Assembly: GCA_964606745.1 (NCBI GenBank)
Contig: CAZSHJ010000003.1
Coordinates: 4,806 to 68,805 of the forward strand
Source: an uncultured Thermoplasmatales archaeon
GTDB taxonomy: Archaea > Thermoplasmatota > E2 > UBA202 > DSCA01
DNA: 64,000 bases
Direction of reading: 5' to 3'
Shown here: in pieces, positions 49,253 through 60,099 of the stretch
Numbering within the stretch: the stretch's first letter is position 1
Layout of the letters: the number at the start of each line of letters is the position of its first letter
Position numbers and translations under genes: made by a program
Notes under the pieces: generated by a model
The model's database searches: none
Told to the model about the DNA's origin: nothing
Seen by the model: only the letters and a program-made list of their open reading frames with translations

Positions 49253-52200
49253 TTAAACTTTCCCATGCCTCTTTCCGATTAATATCATTGAAAGCAGTAC
49301 GCCCAATAGCATTACTATGACTTCAAATCCCGGAGTATTTTCGGAAGTAATTTCTACAGTCTTCGTTATACTGTCCTCACCTCCATCGTCATCTTTTACG
49401 GTGAGCGTTATTGTGTATTTTCCACTTTCTTTATAGATGTGCTCGGGATTTTGCTTGTCCGATGCTGTTCCGTCCCCGAAGTCCCAGTGCCATGCAATTA
49501 TTTCTTCGTCATCGCTTGAAACATCCGTAAAGTTGATTTTTTCTCCGACGGATGCTTTCTCGGGGATGTAGAAGAATTCTGCGGATGGCAGTGCATTCGC
49601 CACAGTCACCTTTTTCGTTATTTTCATCTCGGCCCCTTCGTTGTCGGTGACCGTAAGCGTAACAACGTATATGCCATTTTCATGGTACTTGTGCTCGGGA
49701 TTTTGCTTGTCCGATGCTGTTCCGTCCCCGAAGTCCCATGTATAATTCGCTATGGTGCCATCGCTGTCGGTTGATGCGTCCGTGAAATTAATCGTATCCG
49801 CCGTTGTCGGAGCTGGAGGATCATAGCTGAAATTCGCCACAGGAGGCACATTTAGAACTTTCATGGTTATATTGTACTCGCTTTCTTCCCCGTACCCATC
49901 ATTAACCTTGAGTGAAATATTGTATGTGCCGCTATGTAGGTATTCGTGAGTCGGATTCTGTTCGCTTGATGTGTTACCGTCCCCGAAGTTCCAGTGCCAG
50001 GATTCTATATCAATCTCACCGTTCGGGTCTGTGGAATGGTCGATGAAATTAATTGTGTCACCGGAGAACGGATTTGTTGGGTAATATGAGAATAAGGCGG
50101 TCGGGGGGCTGTTCGGAATGCCGGCTGCGTACTCGCAGGTATTCATAAGTGGATATTTGTCCCTGTCATTCCCTCCGGATAGTTTGTATGGTATGTCGCC
50201 TATCCCATCGCTGCCTGAAATATTCTGTGTCATTCCTTTGTAATTGTCGGTTCCTGCGTAATCACTCCAATAATTGCCACCGGAAGGGTAGCCGTTATCC
50301 CATGTATTGTTGTTTCCTTTATCAAATGCATTTTCCACGTTGTATGCAAAGTTATTGTGGTATATCGCATTGCCGGTACCTTTCTCGATATTCAGTCCGT
50401 AGACATTTTTCCAGAAAGAGCAGTTGAATATATAGTTGTTATCTGATTTTATATCCAGCCCGTACAGGTTGTGGTGGATAAGTAATCTCGTGATTGTATT
50501 TGATATGGATCCGTTTGCAATGGCAATACCGTCCGTGTTATTGTATATGGTGCATCCGTCCGTGTTTCCGTTTGATGAGTTCTCGATGAGCAAACCATGT
50601 ATATTGTCAAAGATCGAACAGTTCTTCATTCCCGTGTATGAAGATGAGTTTATAAGTACTCCATATACGTTGTTGTGTATCCCACTTCCAGTGCAATTTA
50701 CAATGCTTGTATCGTTAGATTGGTACAGAAAAACGCCGTATTCGTTGATTGAAAATTCGCATCTGTTGATCTTTGATGTGTATGAAGATGAGTATATGCC
50801 GTAAGTATTGTTTGTGAATATACAGTTTGTCATATCGAAAGAAGAATCATAGCTCGCCGTACCATTTACATTCTCGTAAAACATGCAATCCTCTATATCG
50901 GCATCGGAATCCGTGATGAGCAATCCTGTGTTGCTGTTGTTGAACCTATTTTCGCCCGTTATTGATGCATATGAGTCTGAAAGACGAACGCCTTTCTCAT
51001 TTTTCCAGAGATCGTTCCCTGAAATGTCGGTTGATGCGGAGCTTATCACGTCTATACCGCATTCGTTATCATTGAGTGTATTGTTGTGTATACTGTTGCC
51101 ATCAGATTTGAATAATCGCATTCCGCTTCTCTCATTATTGTAGAACATCGTATTCTCAATCGTATTGGTATGAACATTTTCTATGTTGATGCCCAGCCAG
51201 TTGAGATATATTCTGCAGTCTTTTATTATGAATCCTCCGTTCGATGGTCCAATGCTGTATGCATTCATTCCCCTCTGTCCATTTGAGAAAATATCACAGT
51301 TGGTTATTGATGTATCCGAGGATAACCTGAATATTATGCCATCGTTGGCATTACCGGAAGCCGTCACATTCTTTATATCACATCCGGAAGACAATATGAA
51401 TATCATGCCGTCAATATTATCGGAAAAGTTACTTTCGGATATGTAGATGTTACTGGAATTTACCACAAGCATACCCTCTCCGTTATTTTCCGTTGAAACC
51501 TCGATAGAGATATTAACACAGTTTATCAGGGCCATATAGCCGGCCACACTAGTTAGGGCGCCGCCGGTCTGATTTACCAGATAATAAACATTCCTTTCAT
51601 TTACCTTATTAGACACATCCATATATTCGTAAAAGTGCTCGGTTTCGCTTCCTTCCATGTCTATGCCATAGTTATTTCCACTGAAAATGTTGTCGGTAAA
51701 TGTATTAAGAGGGGCATAGGAAAGCAGCAGACCGATACTGTTCCTGCCTATCATATTACTAGAAAAGATGTTGTGCTTGCTGTTTGTTATTTCAAGGCCT
51801 GTTGTACCATCGTTTATTATGTTGTTGCCGATTGTGTTATACAATGAATCCGTGAGGACTACGCCCTTTTCATTATGGGAAAAGGTACAGTTAGTAACAT
51901 TGATGTAGCCGGAACCATCCACATATGCCCCATAAGTGTTATTTGAGAACGAAGCATTTCCAAGAATGCAGGCTGATGAGTTGTATAAGTAAACTGCATA
52001 TTCATTTTTAAATGCAGACACCTGTATATTCAGGTAAGTTGAATCGAATGCGTACATTCCATAATTATTATCGCGTATGGTGCATTCTTCCACCGTATTG
52101 TTTTTCCCGTAAATCTTAAATCCAAAATCGTTTTCATATATGTCCAGGGATTTGAATGTTGAATTATCCCCGTATACAATCAGGCCAACATCACTTTCAT

Positions 52201-54661
52201 GGATAATGCAATCTTCAATATTTGCTTTTGAATCCGTTATATTTATGCCACAGTTTTTCCCGGTGAAGTTACATAATTTTATCTCCACGCCCGAAGAATT
52301 TTTTATATTCACTCCTTCCGTATTTTCGGAAAATGAGGAGTTGAATATTCCTACTCTTGAGGAAATCCGGGAATATATTCCACTGGTGTAATGTGAGTTA
52401 AATTTACTGTTGGTTATATTTATAAAATCACTATCCTCAATATACACTCCGTATGCATTGCTGGAAATTGAGCAGTTGTCTATTAGGGTGTTGCATGACG
52501 AGCCGATTTCTATCCCGTTTATGTTATGTGTTATGTCACAGTTTGTTATCGTATTCCCGTCTCCATTAACAAGAATGGCCACTGTATTGAATTTTAAAGT
52601 GTTGTTGTCTACAGATGAGGTATTGCTGGAGAACAATCTTATCCCGTTTCCATTTCCTTCCAGCCGGTTGTCTTTTATGCTACACGTTCCATATGTATGA
52701 ACATCTATTGCATGTGAATTTTCATGAAAATCATTTCCGTTTATTTCATTATTGTTTCCATTTTTAATTTCAATACCGAATATATTATCTGCAAAGTTGT
52801 TTCCTGAGATTTCATTTTCATCTCCATTCACATCTGTGCCATTGGAATTCTGTAAAATTTCGTTGTTTTTTACATGATTGTCTGAACTCTCTATTACAAC
52901 GCCTTTTATGTTATCTCTTACCTCATTGTCTGATACTTTGGTATAATCTCCCTGCAAACGTATGCCAATTTTGTTGTCAGTGGAGATACAATTTTCTATG
53001 GTTATATTATTTCCGTTCACATCTATTCCTACATTATTTGAGGCATTTGTTATCACAAAATTTTGGATTTTGGATTCACCTGCTGTTATGGTTACAGCAC
53101 TTCCTGTACCCATCCCGTCCACAACTGCATTTTCCCCTTTGATAATAACAGATTTGTCAATAACTATACTCTCCCTGTAATTTCCCTCAAGCACGTATAC
53201 GTGGTATCCTTCGCTTGCATTGTTTATGCCCTCCTGTATGGTGTGGACATGTCTTCCATCATACCAGTCTGGTGGTGCATCATCATCGACATAGACGTTT
53301 GCTATGGTTAGATTGCACGTTTTATTAGATGAAGCCTCATCATCATCGGTGACTGTTAGGCTAATGTTGTAGGTTCCACTTTGAGAGAAGTTATGGGTTG
53401 CATTCCTTTCATAACTTATGTTTCCATCGCCAAAATTCCATGTGTAGTTGGTTATGACCCCGTCGGCATCGCTGGATTTATCTGTGAAGTTTATCATTTC
53501 ACCATCGGCAGGATACCGGGGCATCCATGAAAAATTTGCCACCGGTGGTGCATTCACTATCTCAATATCCTTGGAGAGGGTGTTGAGTGCATATCTCTCA
53601 TCAAGTACCGTCAGTGTTACGGTGTATTCCTTCTTTTCCGAATACTGGTGTGTAGGGTTCTGCTCGTAACTTATGTTACCGTCACCGAAATTCCATGTCC
53701 AGTTCACCAACTCGTCATCCACACCCGAGGATTCATCATCGAACTGTACGGTATCCAGAACCGTGGGCTGTAAAGGGGTCCAGAAGAAATTGACATAGGG
53801 GATATGGTTGAGAGTATTGATTTTCTTGGTTATCGAATTAACCGCCGAGTCATCATCTTTTATGGTGAGCGTGACGTCATATATTCCATAGTCACTATAG
53901 TTGTGAACGGGATTCTGATCATAGCTTATATTTCCGTCCTCGAAGTCCCATGTCCAGTTTGCAATACTGCCGTCCGTGTCATAGGAATAATCAATAAACT
54001 TTATTAAATTATTTTCTTTTGTCCAGTAAAAGTTTGCGGTCGGTGGAACGTTGAAAACAATAATCTGTTTAGTCGCACTGTTTCCGCCGCTTGAATAATC
54101 CTTTACAAACAGTGTCACATCATATTTTCCATCGTCGGTATATATGTGCGTCGGGTTCTGCTCATAGCTTATATTTCCGTCCCCGAAGTCCCACGTCCAG
54201 TTGTATATGTCCCCGTTCCCGTCAGGGTCGGTTGAGTTATCGATAAAGTATACGGTATCATAAGTAGTGGGTGTCTCCGGTTCCCAGTAAAAATCTACTG
54301 TCGGTGTACCTCCATCCAGCAGGTTAAGATATTGTGAGATGATGATATCATCGCCGCCTTTTCTTATTACCAACGTGACGGTATAATTTTCATCCTTGTC
54401 ATATGTATGTTTAATACTCTTTCCGTAGCCTGTATTCCCGTCCCCGAAGTCCCATGTGTAATTTGATATGTCCGAACCTATTGCAGAAAAATTCACCTCC
54501 CTGCTGCCACTGTCATAGCCCCATATAAAATCAGTCTGTTTTAATTTGTAGTAAGAGGAGGATACACCTTCGCTTTCCTGCATTACATTTAGAGCTACCA
54601 ATATCAATGAAGCTGCAAGTACCATTACAAAAACTGCTTTAGTGTTTGTTTTAGTTAACAT
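49253..54661 (-). CDS. Giant surface protein (1802 aa) with a signal peptide, multiple PKD domains, right-handed beta-helix (PbH1-like) repeats and a C-terminal PGF-CTERM.
   Basis: At least eight PKD repeats (WDFGDGN.SYEQNPTH.Y). A central region holds dozens of N-x-[IV]-x-x-N beta-helix turns. The C-terminus is TPGFEVIVMLLGVLLSMILIGKRHGKV. Confidence 0.75.
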   Translation of the reverse strand: MLTKTNTKAVFVMVLAASLILVALNVMQESEGVSSSYYKLKQTDFIWGYDSGSREVNFSAIGSDISNYTWDFGDGNTGYGKSIKHTYDKDENYTVTLVIRKGGDDIIISQYLNLLDGGTPTVDFYWEPETPTTYDTVYFIDNSTDPDGNGDIYNWTWDFGDGNISYEQNPTHIYTDDGKYDVTLFVKDYSSGGNSATKQIIVFNVPPTANFYWTKENNLIKFIDYSYDTDGSIANWTWDFEDGNISYDQNPVHNYSDYGIYDVTLTIKDDDSAVNSITKKINTLNHIPYVNFFWTPLQPTVLDTVQFDDESSGVDDELVNWTWNFGDGNISYEQNPTHQYSEKKEYTVTLTVLDERYALNTLSKDIEIVNAPPVANFSWMPRYPADGEMINFTDKSSDADGVITNYTWNFGDGNISYERNATHNFSQSGTYNISLTVTDDDEASSNKTCNLTIANVYVDDDAPPDWYDGRHVHTIQEGINNASEGYHVYVLEGNYRESIVIDKSVIIKGENAVVDGMGTGSAVTITAGESKIQNFVITNASNNVGIDVNGNNITIENCISTDNKIGIRLQGDYTKVSDNEVRDNIKGVVIESSDNHVKNNEILQNSNGTDVNGDENEISGNNFADNIFGIEIKNGNNNEINGNDFHENSHAIDVHTYGTCSIKDNRLEGNGNGIRLFSSNTSSVDNNTLKFNTVAILVNGDGNTITNCDITHNINGIEIGSSCNTLIDNCSISSNAYGVYIEDSDFINITNSKFNSHYTSGIYSRISSRVGIFNSSFSENTEGVNIKNSSGVEIKLCNFTGKNCGINITDSKANIEDCIIHESDVGLIVYGDNSTFKSLDIYENDFGFKIYGKNNTVEECTIRDNNYGMYAFDSTYLNIQVSAFKNEYAVYLYNSSACILGNASFSNNTYGAYVDGSGYINVTNCTFSHNEKGVVLTDSLYNTIGNNIINDGTTGLEITNSKHNIFSSNMIGRNSIGLLLSYAPLNTFTDNIFSGNNYGIDMEGSETEHFYEYMDVSNKVNERNVYYLVNQTGGALTSVAGYMALINCVNISIEVSTENNGEGMLVVNSSNIYISESNFSDNIDGMIFILSSGCDIKNVTASGNANDGIIFRLSSDTSITNCDIFSNGQRGMNAYSIGPSNGGFIIKDCRIYLNWLGINIENVHTNTIENTMFYNNERSGMRLFKSDGNSIHNNTLNDNECGIDVISSASTDISGNDLWKNEKGVRLSDSYASITGENRFNNSNTGLLITDSDADIEDCMFYENVNGTASYDSSFDMTNCIFTNNTYGIYSSSYTSKINRCEFSINEYGVFLYQSNDTSIVNCTGSGIHNNVYGVLINSSSYTGMKNCSIFDNIHGLLIENSSNGNTDGCTIYNNTDGIAIANGSISNTITRLLIHHNLYGLDIKSDNNYIFNCSFWKNVYGLNIEKGTGNAIYHNNFAYNVENAFDKGNNNTWDNGYPSGGNYWSDYAGTDNYKGMTQNISGSDGIGDIPYKLSGGNDRDKYPLMNTCEYAAGIPNSPPTALFSYYPTNPFSGDTINFIDHSTDPNGEIDIESWHWNFGDGNTSSEQNPTHEYLHSGTYNISLKVNDGYGEESEYNITMKVLNVPPVANFSYDPPAPTTADTINFTDASTDSDGTIANYTWDFGDGTASDKQNPEHKYHENGIYVVTLTVTDNEGAEMKITKKVTVANALPSAEFFYIPEKASVGEKINFTDVSSDDEEIIAWHWDFGDGTASDKQNPEHIYKESGKYTITLTVKDDDGGEDSITKTVEITSENTPGFEVIVMLLGVLLSMILIGKRHGKV

Positions 54662-54755
54662 TTTTTCCCTCAGTTCTATGCTTTAGAAATGAATATTGTA
54701 TGGTTATTTATAAATTTGTATAATGCTTAGGGTTATTCTTTCATATTTCCCCTTA

Positions 54756-55526
54756 TCATCTTTTCGATTCTATGCTGCTGATTTCCCCGGCATGCATCTC
54801 TCCGTTCTTCACATATGCTCTATCTATTCTTATAGTGTCCCCTTCTTTAAATTTTTGAAGTGCCCTTGCCATTTCATCCCACAAGATTATCCTGCGTTCG
54901 CCGCTTTCGTCTTCGGCAAGTATTGATGCTGCAAATCTCTCACCATTTTCCGTGAAGAATATTCTGGTGGGATGAATTTTCTTTATTCTTGCTTCTATGT
55001 TAGCAATCCCTTTTTTTATCTCCCTCAATTTTGCAGGTTTTATCTCCTTTTTTATATCTGGTGCATTTCCCGGCTCTGTTTCCACAAGTCCCCACTTCCC
55101 GATGTTTATCTCCATTCCGTAATACCCATTCTTGACGTATCCGTTTATTATCTTTATCACCTTCCCTTCTCTGATTTTCCTGCTTTCGACGAGCCCCACG
55201 TCTTTATCCCATAAAACAAGCATGCAGCTGCCCGTCCCGTCCGAAATGACCACGTTTACCACCTGTCCCTTGTCGAATTTCCTCGTTTTCCCCAACAATT
55301 CCACCCTTGCATACAATGTCACCTCTGTTGAATCCTCAAGTTCGGATATCTTGGTAGCATTGAAAAAATCACTTTTGAGCTTATCCACGACAATCATGGC
55401 TGCCGTATCCTCATCGATAAGCTCCCCGTACTCCTCGATTTCCCTGCTCATCTTTTCCTCGAACTCTTCCCTGCCAAGCATGTCCTTTACGGCGTTATAA
55501 AGTTCTTCCTTTCCGTACCTCTGCAT
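54756..55526 (-). CDS. RPA-like single-stranded-DNA-binding protein with two OB folds.
   Basis: VVISDGTGSCMLVLWDKD and ASILAEDESGERRIILWDEMA match the RPA OB-fold D.TG.I..T.W signature. Confidence 0.6.
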   Translation of the reverse strand: MQRYGKEELYNAVKDMLGREEFEEKMSREIEEYGELIDEDTAAMIVVDKLKSDFFNATKISELEDSTEVTLYARVELLGKTRKFDKGQVVNVVISDGTGSCMLVLWDKDVGLVESRKIREGKVIKIINGYVKNGYYGMEINIGKWGLVETEPGNAPDIKKEIKPAKLREIKKGIANIEARIKKIHPTRIFFTENGERFAASILAEDESGERRIILWDEMARALQKFKEGDTIRIDRAYVKNGEMHAGEISSIESKR

Positions 55527-55541
55527 TATTTATGGATTGTA

Positions 55542-56879
55542 TTGGCGTTCATATCATTTTCCGTGATACATTTTTATATGCCCCCTGAATTAAAAGCCAT
55601 GGCTATACTCCAAGTAGCATTGGATTTGGTGAACGCCAGCCGTGCTCTCCAGATAGCAAGCGAGGCTGTAGACGGCGGGGCCGACTGGCTGGAGGCGGGC
55701 ACCCCTTTGATAAAATCCGAAGGTATGGAGATCATACGCCGGTTGAAAAAATTTGGCAAAAAAATCGTGGCTGACATGAAGACGATGGATGTCGGGGCGG
55801 TCGAGGTTGAGATGGCGGCAAAGGCGGGGGCGGACGTTGTATGCATACTCGGTCTCGCAAGCGACGAAACGTTGAGGGAGGGTATACTGGCTGCTCACGG
55901 ATACGGGGCAGAGATACTTGTTGACATGATTGGTGTGGGGGATGTTGCGGGAAGGGTGGCGGAGGTGGAAAAGATGGAGGCAGATTACGTTTGTATTCAC
56001 GTTGCAATAGATGACCAGATGCGGGGGATGGAGCCGTTCGATGCCGTGAAGGAGGTTGCCGAAAAATGCAGTTTGCCGGTAGCTGCTGCCGGCGGGATAA
56101 ATAGCGAGACAGCCCACATTGCCGTAGAGAACGGTGCAAGCATTGTAATTGTCGGAGGGGCAATTATAAAGGCTACGGATGTTACGGCGGTAACAGAAAC
56201 GATAAAGGAAGCCATGGAGAGCGGCACGGCCATAAAAACCTCCCTTTTCAAGAAGTACAGCGGGGAGAATTTGCATGAGGCATTTGGTAAAGTTTCCACC
56301 TGTAACATATGCGATGCCATGCACAATAAGGGTGCGATGCGGGGCATAATGCCCATAAAAAAGGGTTATCATATGGCCGGGAAAGCCCTGACGGTGAAAA
56401 CGATAGACGGCGATTGGGCAAAAGTGGTCGAAGCCATCGACGTCGCAGAGGAGAAGGCTATCATTGTCGTGCAGGCGGGCGGGGGCCGCAGGGCGGTATG
56501 GGGGGAACTTGCAACATGGAGTAGCATAAAAAACAATATTGGGGGGGTTGTGATAGATGGGGCAGTGAGGGACATTCATGAAATAATAAAGAGGGATATT
56601 CCAGTATATACGAAGAAGGTCGTGCCCGAAGCCGGAGAGCCCGAGGGTTATGGGGAAATCGGTAGCGAGATAGTTTGCGGGGGACAGTTTGTAAAGAAGG
56701 GAGATTGGATAGTCGGGGATGATAATGGTGTTGTTGTCGTTCCAAGGGAAAGGGCGCAGGAATTGGCAAACCGTGCCCTGAATGTTCATGAGCGAGAAAA
56801 CCGCATGAGAGAGGAGATAAAGAGGGGAAGTTCGCTGGGAAAAATTCTGGAATTAAAGAAGTGGGATAAAGCCGGGTAA
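55542..56879 (+). CDS. Bifunctional 3-hexulose-6-phosphate synthase (OMPDC-fold) fused to an RraA/MenG-like domain. The probable start is near 55599.
   Basis: N-terminal half AILQVALDL...GADWLEAGTPLIK...ADMKTMD is HPS/KGPDC-like. C-terminal half CNICDAM...VVQAGGG.RAVWGELAT...GVVIDGAVRD is RraA-like. Confidence 0.7.
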   Translation: MAFISFSVIHFYMPPELKAMAILQVALDLVNASRALQIASEAVDGGADWLEAGTPLIKSEGMEIIRRLKKFGKKIVADMKTMDVGAVEVEMAAKAGADVVCILGLASDETLREGILAAHGYGAEILVDMIGVGDVAGRVAEVEKMEADYVCIHVAIDDQMRGMEPFDAVKEVAEKCSLPVAAAGGINSETAHIAVENGASIVIVGGAIIKATDVTAVTETIKEAMESGTAIKTSLFKKYSGENLHEAFGKVSTCNICDAMHNKGAMRGIMPIKKGYHMAGKALTVKTIDGDWAKVVEAIDVAEEKAIIVVQAGGGRRAVWGELATWSSIKNNIGGVVIDGAVRDIHEIIKRDIPVYTKKVVPEAGEPEGYGEIGSEIVCGGQFVKKGDWIVGDDNGVVVVPRERAQELANRALNVHERENRMREEIKRGSSLGKILELKKWDKAG

Positions 56880-56966
56880 ATGTAGATTTGGACAAGGTTA
56901 AAAAATGGTGCTTTGATAATACTTCGGAAGAGATAAAATAAATATATGTAAAGATATATTGCTAGT

Positions 56967-58352
56967 ATGGCCAACAAAAAATTTGCAATTCTCGGCGTTT
57001 TTTTATTAATTGTTTCAAGCCAGTCTATTGGAAGCAGTCTTATAAAAAATATTGGAGATAAAGAGATTGATGTTAAAGATGATCTGTGCAATTTTTTAAT
57101 GAAAGATGAAATAAACTGCCTTTTAAATGAGGAAATTTTTGAAAGAATCATTCTAAATTTAATGAAAATTGCCCATATGTCCGCCCTTTCTGCGGCGATA
57201 ATTAAAGACAATAAAGTAATGTGGACAGAGGGATTTGGTTTGTATGATAGGGAGAATAACAAGCCAGCAGATGAAAAAACAATTTATTTGGTTGCATCTA
57301 TATCAAAAAGCTTTACCGCTACCGCTATTATGCAATTGTACGAAAAAGGATATTTTGATTTGGATGATGATGTAAATGATTATCTGCCCTTTCCTTTAAG
57401 AAATCCAAAATATCCTGATGAACCCATAACTTTCAGAATGTTGCTTGCCCATCAATCAAGCTTGGCAAGTGAGCGGGAAGATATGCCTACATTCTTTGTT
57501 AGGATTATTCCAGGTAATTTAGAGGTAACAGGATATCCATATCCATTTCTAAGAGATTATCTGGTTCCAGGCGGAATACATTATAAGCCAGAGGTTTGGA
57601 GTGGCTCGCCTCCAGGCGGGGAAATGTATTATGCAAATATCGGATACGCCCTGCTGGGTTATCTTGTTGAAATAATCTCTAGTCAATCTTTTGAGGATTA
57701 TTGCATGAAAAACATTTTTGAGCCATTGGAAATGAAAAATACAAGTTTTAGGTTTGCTAATTTAAATGCAAGCAAGGTAGCTGTACCATACGAGGCACAA
57801 CTTGGAAAATATTATCCCATTCTGCATTACGACACTCTCGACTCACCTGCAGGCGGGCTGAGAACAACTATCATGGATATCTCTCGATTCCTTATTGCTT
57901 ACATGAACGGTGGTGTGTACAACGGCAAGCGCATACTGAACGAGGAAAGTGTAAATGAAATGCATACTGCGCAGTATCCGAGCAAAAATTACAATTTCCG
58001 GTACGGGCTCGGATGGCAGATATGGGACAAGGGAAAAGATACCTATATCGGACACACTGGAGGATTGTTTGGTGTATCTACAAAAATGGTTTTCAGGGAG
58101 TCTGATGGGACAGGCATAATTTTCTTTACAAATAAACAGATTAAGAATATAAGAGAGATGATTGTATTTTTCCTAGTGGAACATCTTTTGTTTTGGAAAG
58201 CGAGTAAGAATGCAGATGAATTGAAAAGAGAAAATATTGAAGAGTCTATCTTTATGGACAGACATCTCCTAAATGGCATCAATGTTAATGATAATGAAAT
58301 AGATGAGATTAAGATTCATCTCACAGAAATATTGAATGAGGTGTTTACATAA
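56967..58352 (+). CDS. Secreted serine hydrolase of the beta-lactamase/transpeptidase superfamily.
   Basis: Signal peptide, S-x-x-K motif ASISKSF and the YANIGYALLG block. Confidence 0.6.
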   Translation: MANKKFAILGVFLLIVSSQSIGSSLIKNIGDKEIDVKDDLCNFLMKDEINCLLNEEIFERIILNLMKIAHMSALSAAIIKDNKVMWTEGFGLYDRENNKPADEKTIYLVASISKSFTATAIMQLYEKGYFDLDDDVNDYLPFPLRNPKYPDEPITFRMLLAHQSSLASEREDMPTFFVRIIPGNLEVTGYPYPFLRDYLVPGGIHYKPEVWSGSPPGGEMYYANIGYALLGYLVEIISSQSFEDYCMKNIFEPLEMKNTSFRFANLNASKVAVPYEAQLGKYYPILHYDTLDSPAGGLRTTIMDISRFLIAYMNGGVYNGKRILNEESVNEMHTAQYPSKNYNFRYGLGWQIWDKGKDTYIGHTGGLFGVSTKMVFRESDGTGIIFFTNKQIKNIREMIVFFLVEHLLFWKASKNADELKRENIEESIFMDRHLLNGINVNDNEIDEIKIHLTEILNEVFT

Positions 58353-58520
58353 AATGGTGTTAAGAAAAATTATTATCCAAACAAATAAAGGAAAAAGATT
58401 GGTTATGAAAAATGGAGAGCTAAATATCGAGAGTTTTGAATAACCTCATAGAAACATGTATCTGGCGGTTTTCCATTCCTTATCAATGGAATAGAGGTGA
58501 TGGTACGGGCTTTAACAAGT

Positions 58521-59153
58521 TTATTCTAAATTTAACTCATCAATCAACCTTTTTGCCCATATGAGTTTTCTTCTTTTTATTTCGGTATCCTTGCCTTCTT
58601 TCGGTCTTGGATTTTCGAAATCAAAGCCGAGCAGTTTTATCTCTCTGGAGCCAAAGTGTTTTGCCATGAAGAATGCTCTGTCGCCGTCAGTAAATCCTCC
58701 GAAATTGTGAACATTGTCGAAGGGCTTTGACTGCGTGGTGAGCACTACCCTGCTCTTAAAGAGAGGTGCATATTTTTTTATTGCATCAACATTATCTCCG
58801 TGAGCATGAATAACTGCAATACTTCCTCTCTCATTTGCCTCAATCTGGTTCTCCACCTTTCCATCGAGGTCGGTAACGATTATGTCCGGGAGAATGTGTT
58901 TAATTAAAGTCGAAGTGGATTCATCGGCAGCAATCACTGTGCCGTCAATTTTTTTGATTTCTGTGGCAAGTCCTTTTGCCGCCCCGCATATTGTAACCTT
59001 TTTTCCCTGCAGTTTATCTTTCAAAATTTTTATGTCGGTACTTTTCTTCGCCAATGAATGGAGCAGTCTGGCTGCATTTTCATCCTCCTGTCGGCTATAG
59101 CCGAATTCCTTTAGAATGGATTTGTAGAACGGTTCCCATTCGCGGAAGTTCAT
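58521..59153 (-). CDS. DUF115/MptE-like protein, possibly an archaeal 6-hydroxymethylpterin diphosphokinase.
   Basis: 210 aa. The architecture, and its position next to nucleotide-biosynthesis genes, support the call. Assignment is tentative. Confidence 0.35.
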   Translation of the reverse strand: MNFREWEPFYKSILKEFGYSRQEDENAARLLHSLAKKSTDIKILKDKLQGKKVTICGAAKGLATEIKKIDGTVIAADESTSTLIKHILPDIIVTDLDGKVENQIEANERGSIAVIHAHGDNVDAIKKYAPLFKSRVVLTTQSKPFDNVHNFGGFTDGDRAFFMAKHFGSREIKLLGFDFENPRPKEGKDTEIKRRKLIWAKRLIDELNLE

Positions 59154-59154
59154 C

Positions 59155-60099
59155 CTATTCCCATTCCACGGTACCGGGCGGCTTGTTGGTAATGTCGTAT
59201 ATTATCCTGTTTACCTCCTTCATCTCGTTTGTCATCCTCGTGGATATCTGGTCAAGTACCTCATATGGAATTTTACTGAAGTCTGCGGTCATTGCATCAA
59301 CCGATTCAACGGAGCGGATGGCAATGGTGTAGCCGTATGCCCTTTTGTCCCCGTGCACCCCCACCGTCTTTACCGGCAAGAGAACTGCAAAGTACTGCCA
59401 TGGCTCGCTCATCTTTTCTTCCTTCACCGCCTTCTCTATCTCTTCCTCGACAATGTAGCATGCTTCTCTTATCACCTTTGCCTTTTCGGCTGTTGCCTCA
59501 CCCATTATGCGGATCGCCAGTCCGGGTCCCGGGAATGGCTGTCTTTCCGCCACTTCGAGCTTCAGCGCGCGGGCAACCCTCCTGACCTCGTCCTTATACA
59601 AGTCCCTGAGTGGCTCTACTATCTTCAAGTTCATATCAATAGGTAAGCCGCCGACATTGTGATGGGATTTTATCGTGTCTCTTAATCCTCCCCCGCTCTC
59701 AATCCAGTCCGGGGCGATTGTGCCCTGAATCAGATATTCTGCATTTTCTTTTGATGCCTCCCTCTCGAACACCCTGATGAATTTCTCTCCGATGATTTTC
59801 CTCTTTCTCTCGGGGTCCTTAATTCCGGCAAGTGCACGGTAAAACTCATCGCTGGCATCCACATAATGAAGCTTTATATCCATTCTCTCAATAATTTTCT
59901 TCACTTTTTCGTCTTCACCCTTTCTCATATAGCCCGTGTCAACATATATGGCGACCAGATTTTTGCCGAGAGCCATACTCCCTATTTTGGCGGCAACAGT
60001 AGAATCCACACCCCCGGAAGTTGCAATCACGGCCTTTCCGTTAACCTCACTTTTAATGGCATCAACAGCCTTTTTTATAAATTTCTCGGCATCAAACAT
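59155..60099 (-). CDS. guaAB: GMP synthase subunit B (ATP pyrophosphatase).
   Basis: PP-loop [10 protein letters not shown], the archaeal guaA-B length (314 aa), and the C-terminal dimerisation block. Confidence 0.85.
   Translation of the reverse strand: MFDAEKFIKKAVDAIKSEVNGKAVIATSGGVDSTVAAKIGSMALGKNLVAIYVDTGYMRKGEDEKVKKIIERMDIKLHYVDASDEFYRALAGIKDPERKRKIIGEKFIRVFEREASKENAEYLIQGTIAPDWIESGGGLRDTIKSHHNVGGLPIDMNLKIVEPLRDLYKDEVRRVARALKLEVAERQPFPGPGLAIRIMGEATAEKAKVIREACYIVEEEIEKAVKEEKMSEPWQYFAVLLPVKTVGVHGDKRAYGYTIAIRSVESVDAMTADFSKIPYEVLDQISTRMTNEMKEVNRIIYDITNKPPGTVEWE

Noticed and set aside
50149-54007. About ten + strand ORFs of 60-120 aa inside the 1802-aa surface-protein gene.
   Set aside because: Antisense to a continuous 5.4-kb ORF with clear PKD and beta-helix repeat structure; they are artefacts of repetitive AT-rich codons.
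55574-56895. A 399-aa minus-strand ORF and others antisense to the HPS/RraA gene.
   Set aside because: They are Pro/His/Arg-rich with no domain signal, whereas the sense strand encodes two recognisable enzyme domains.
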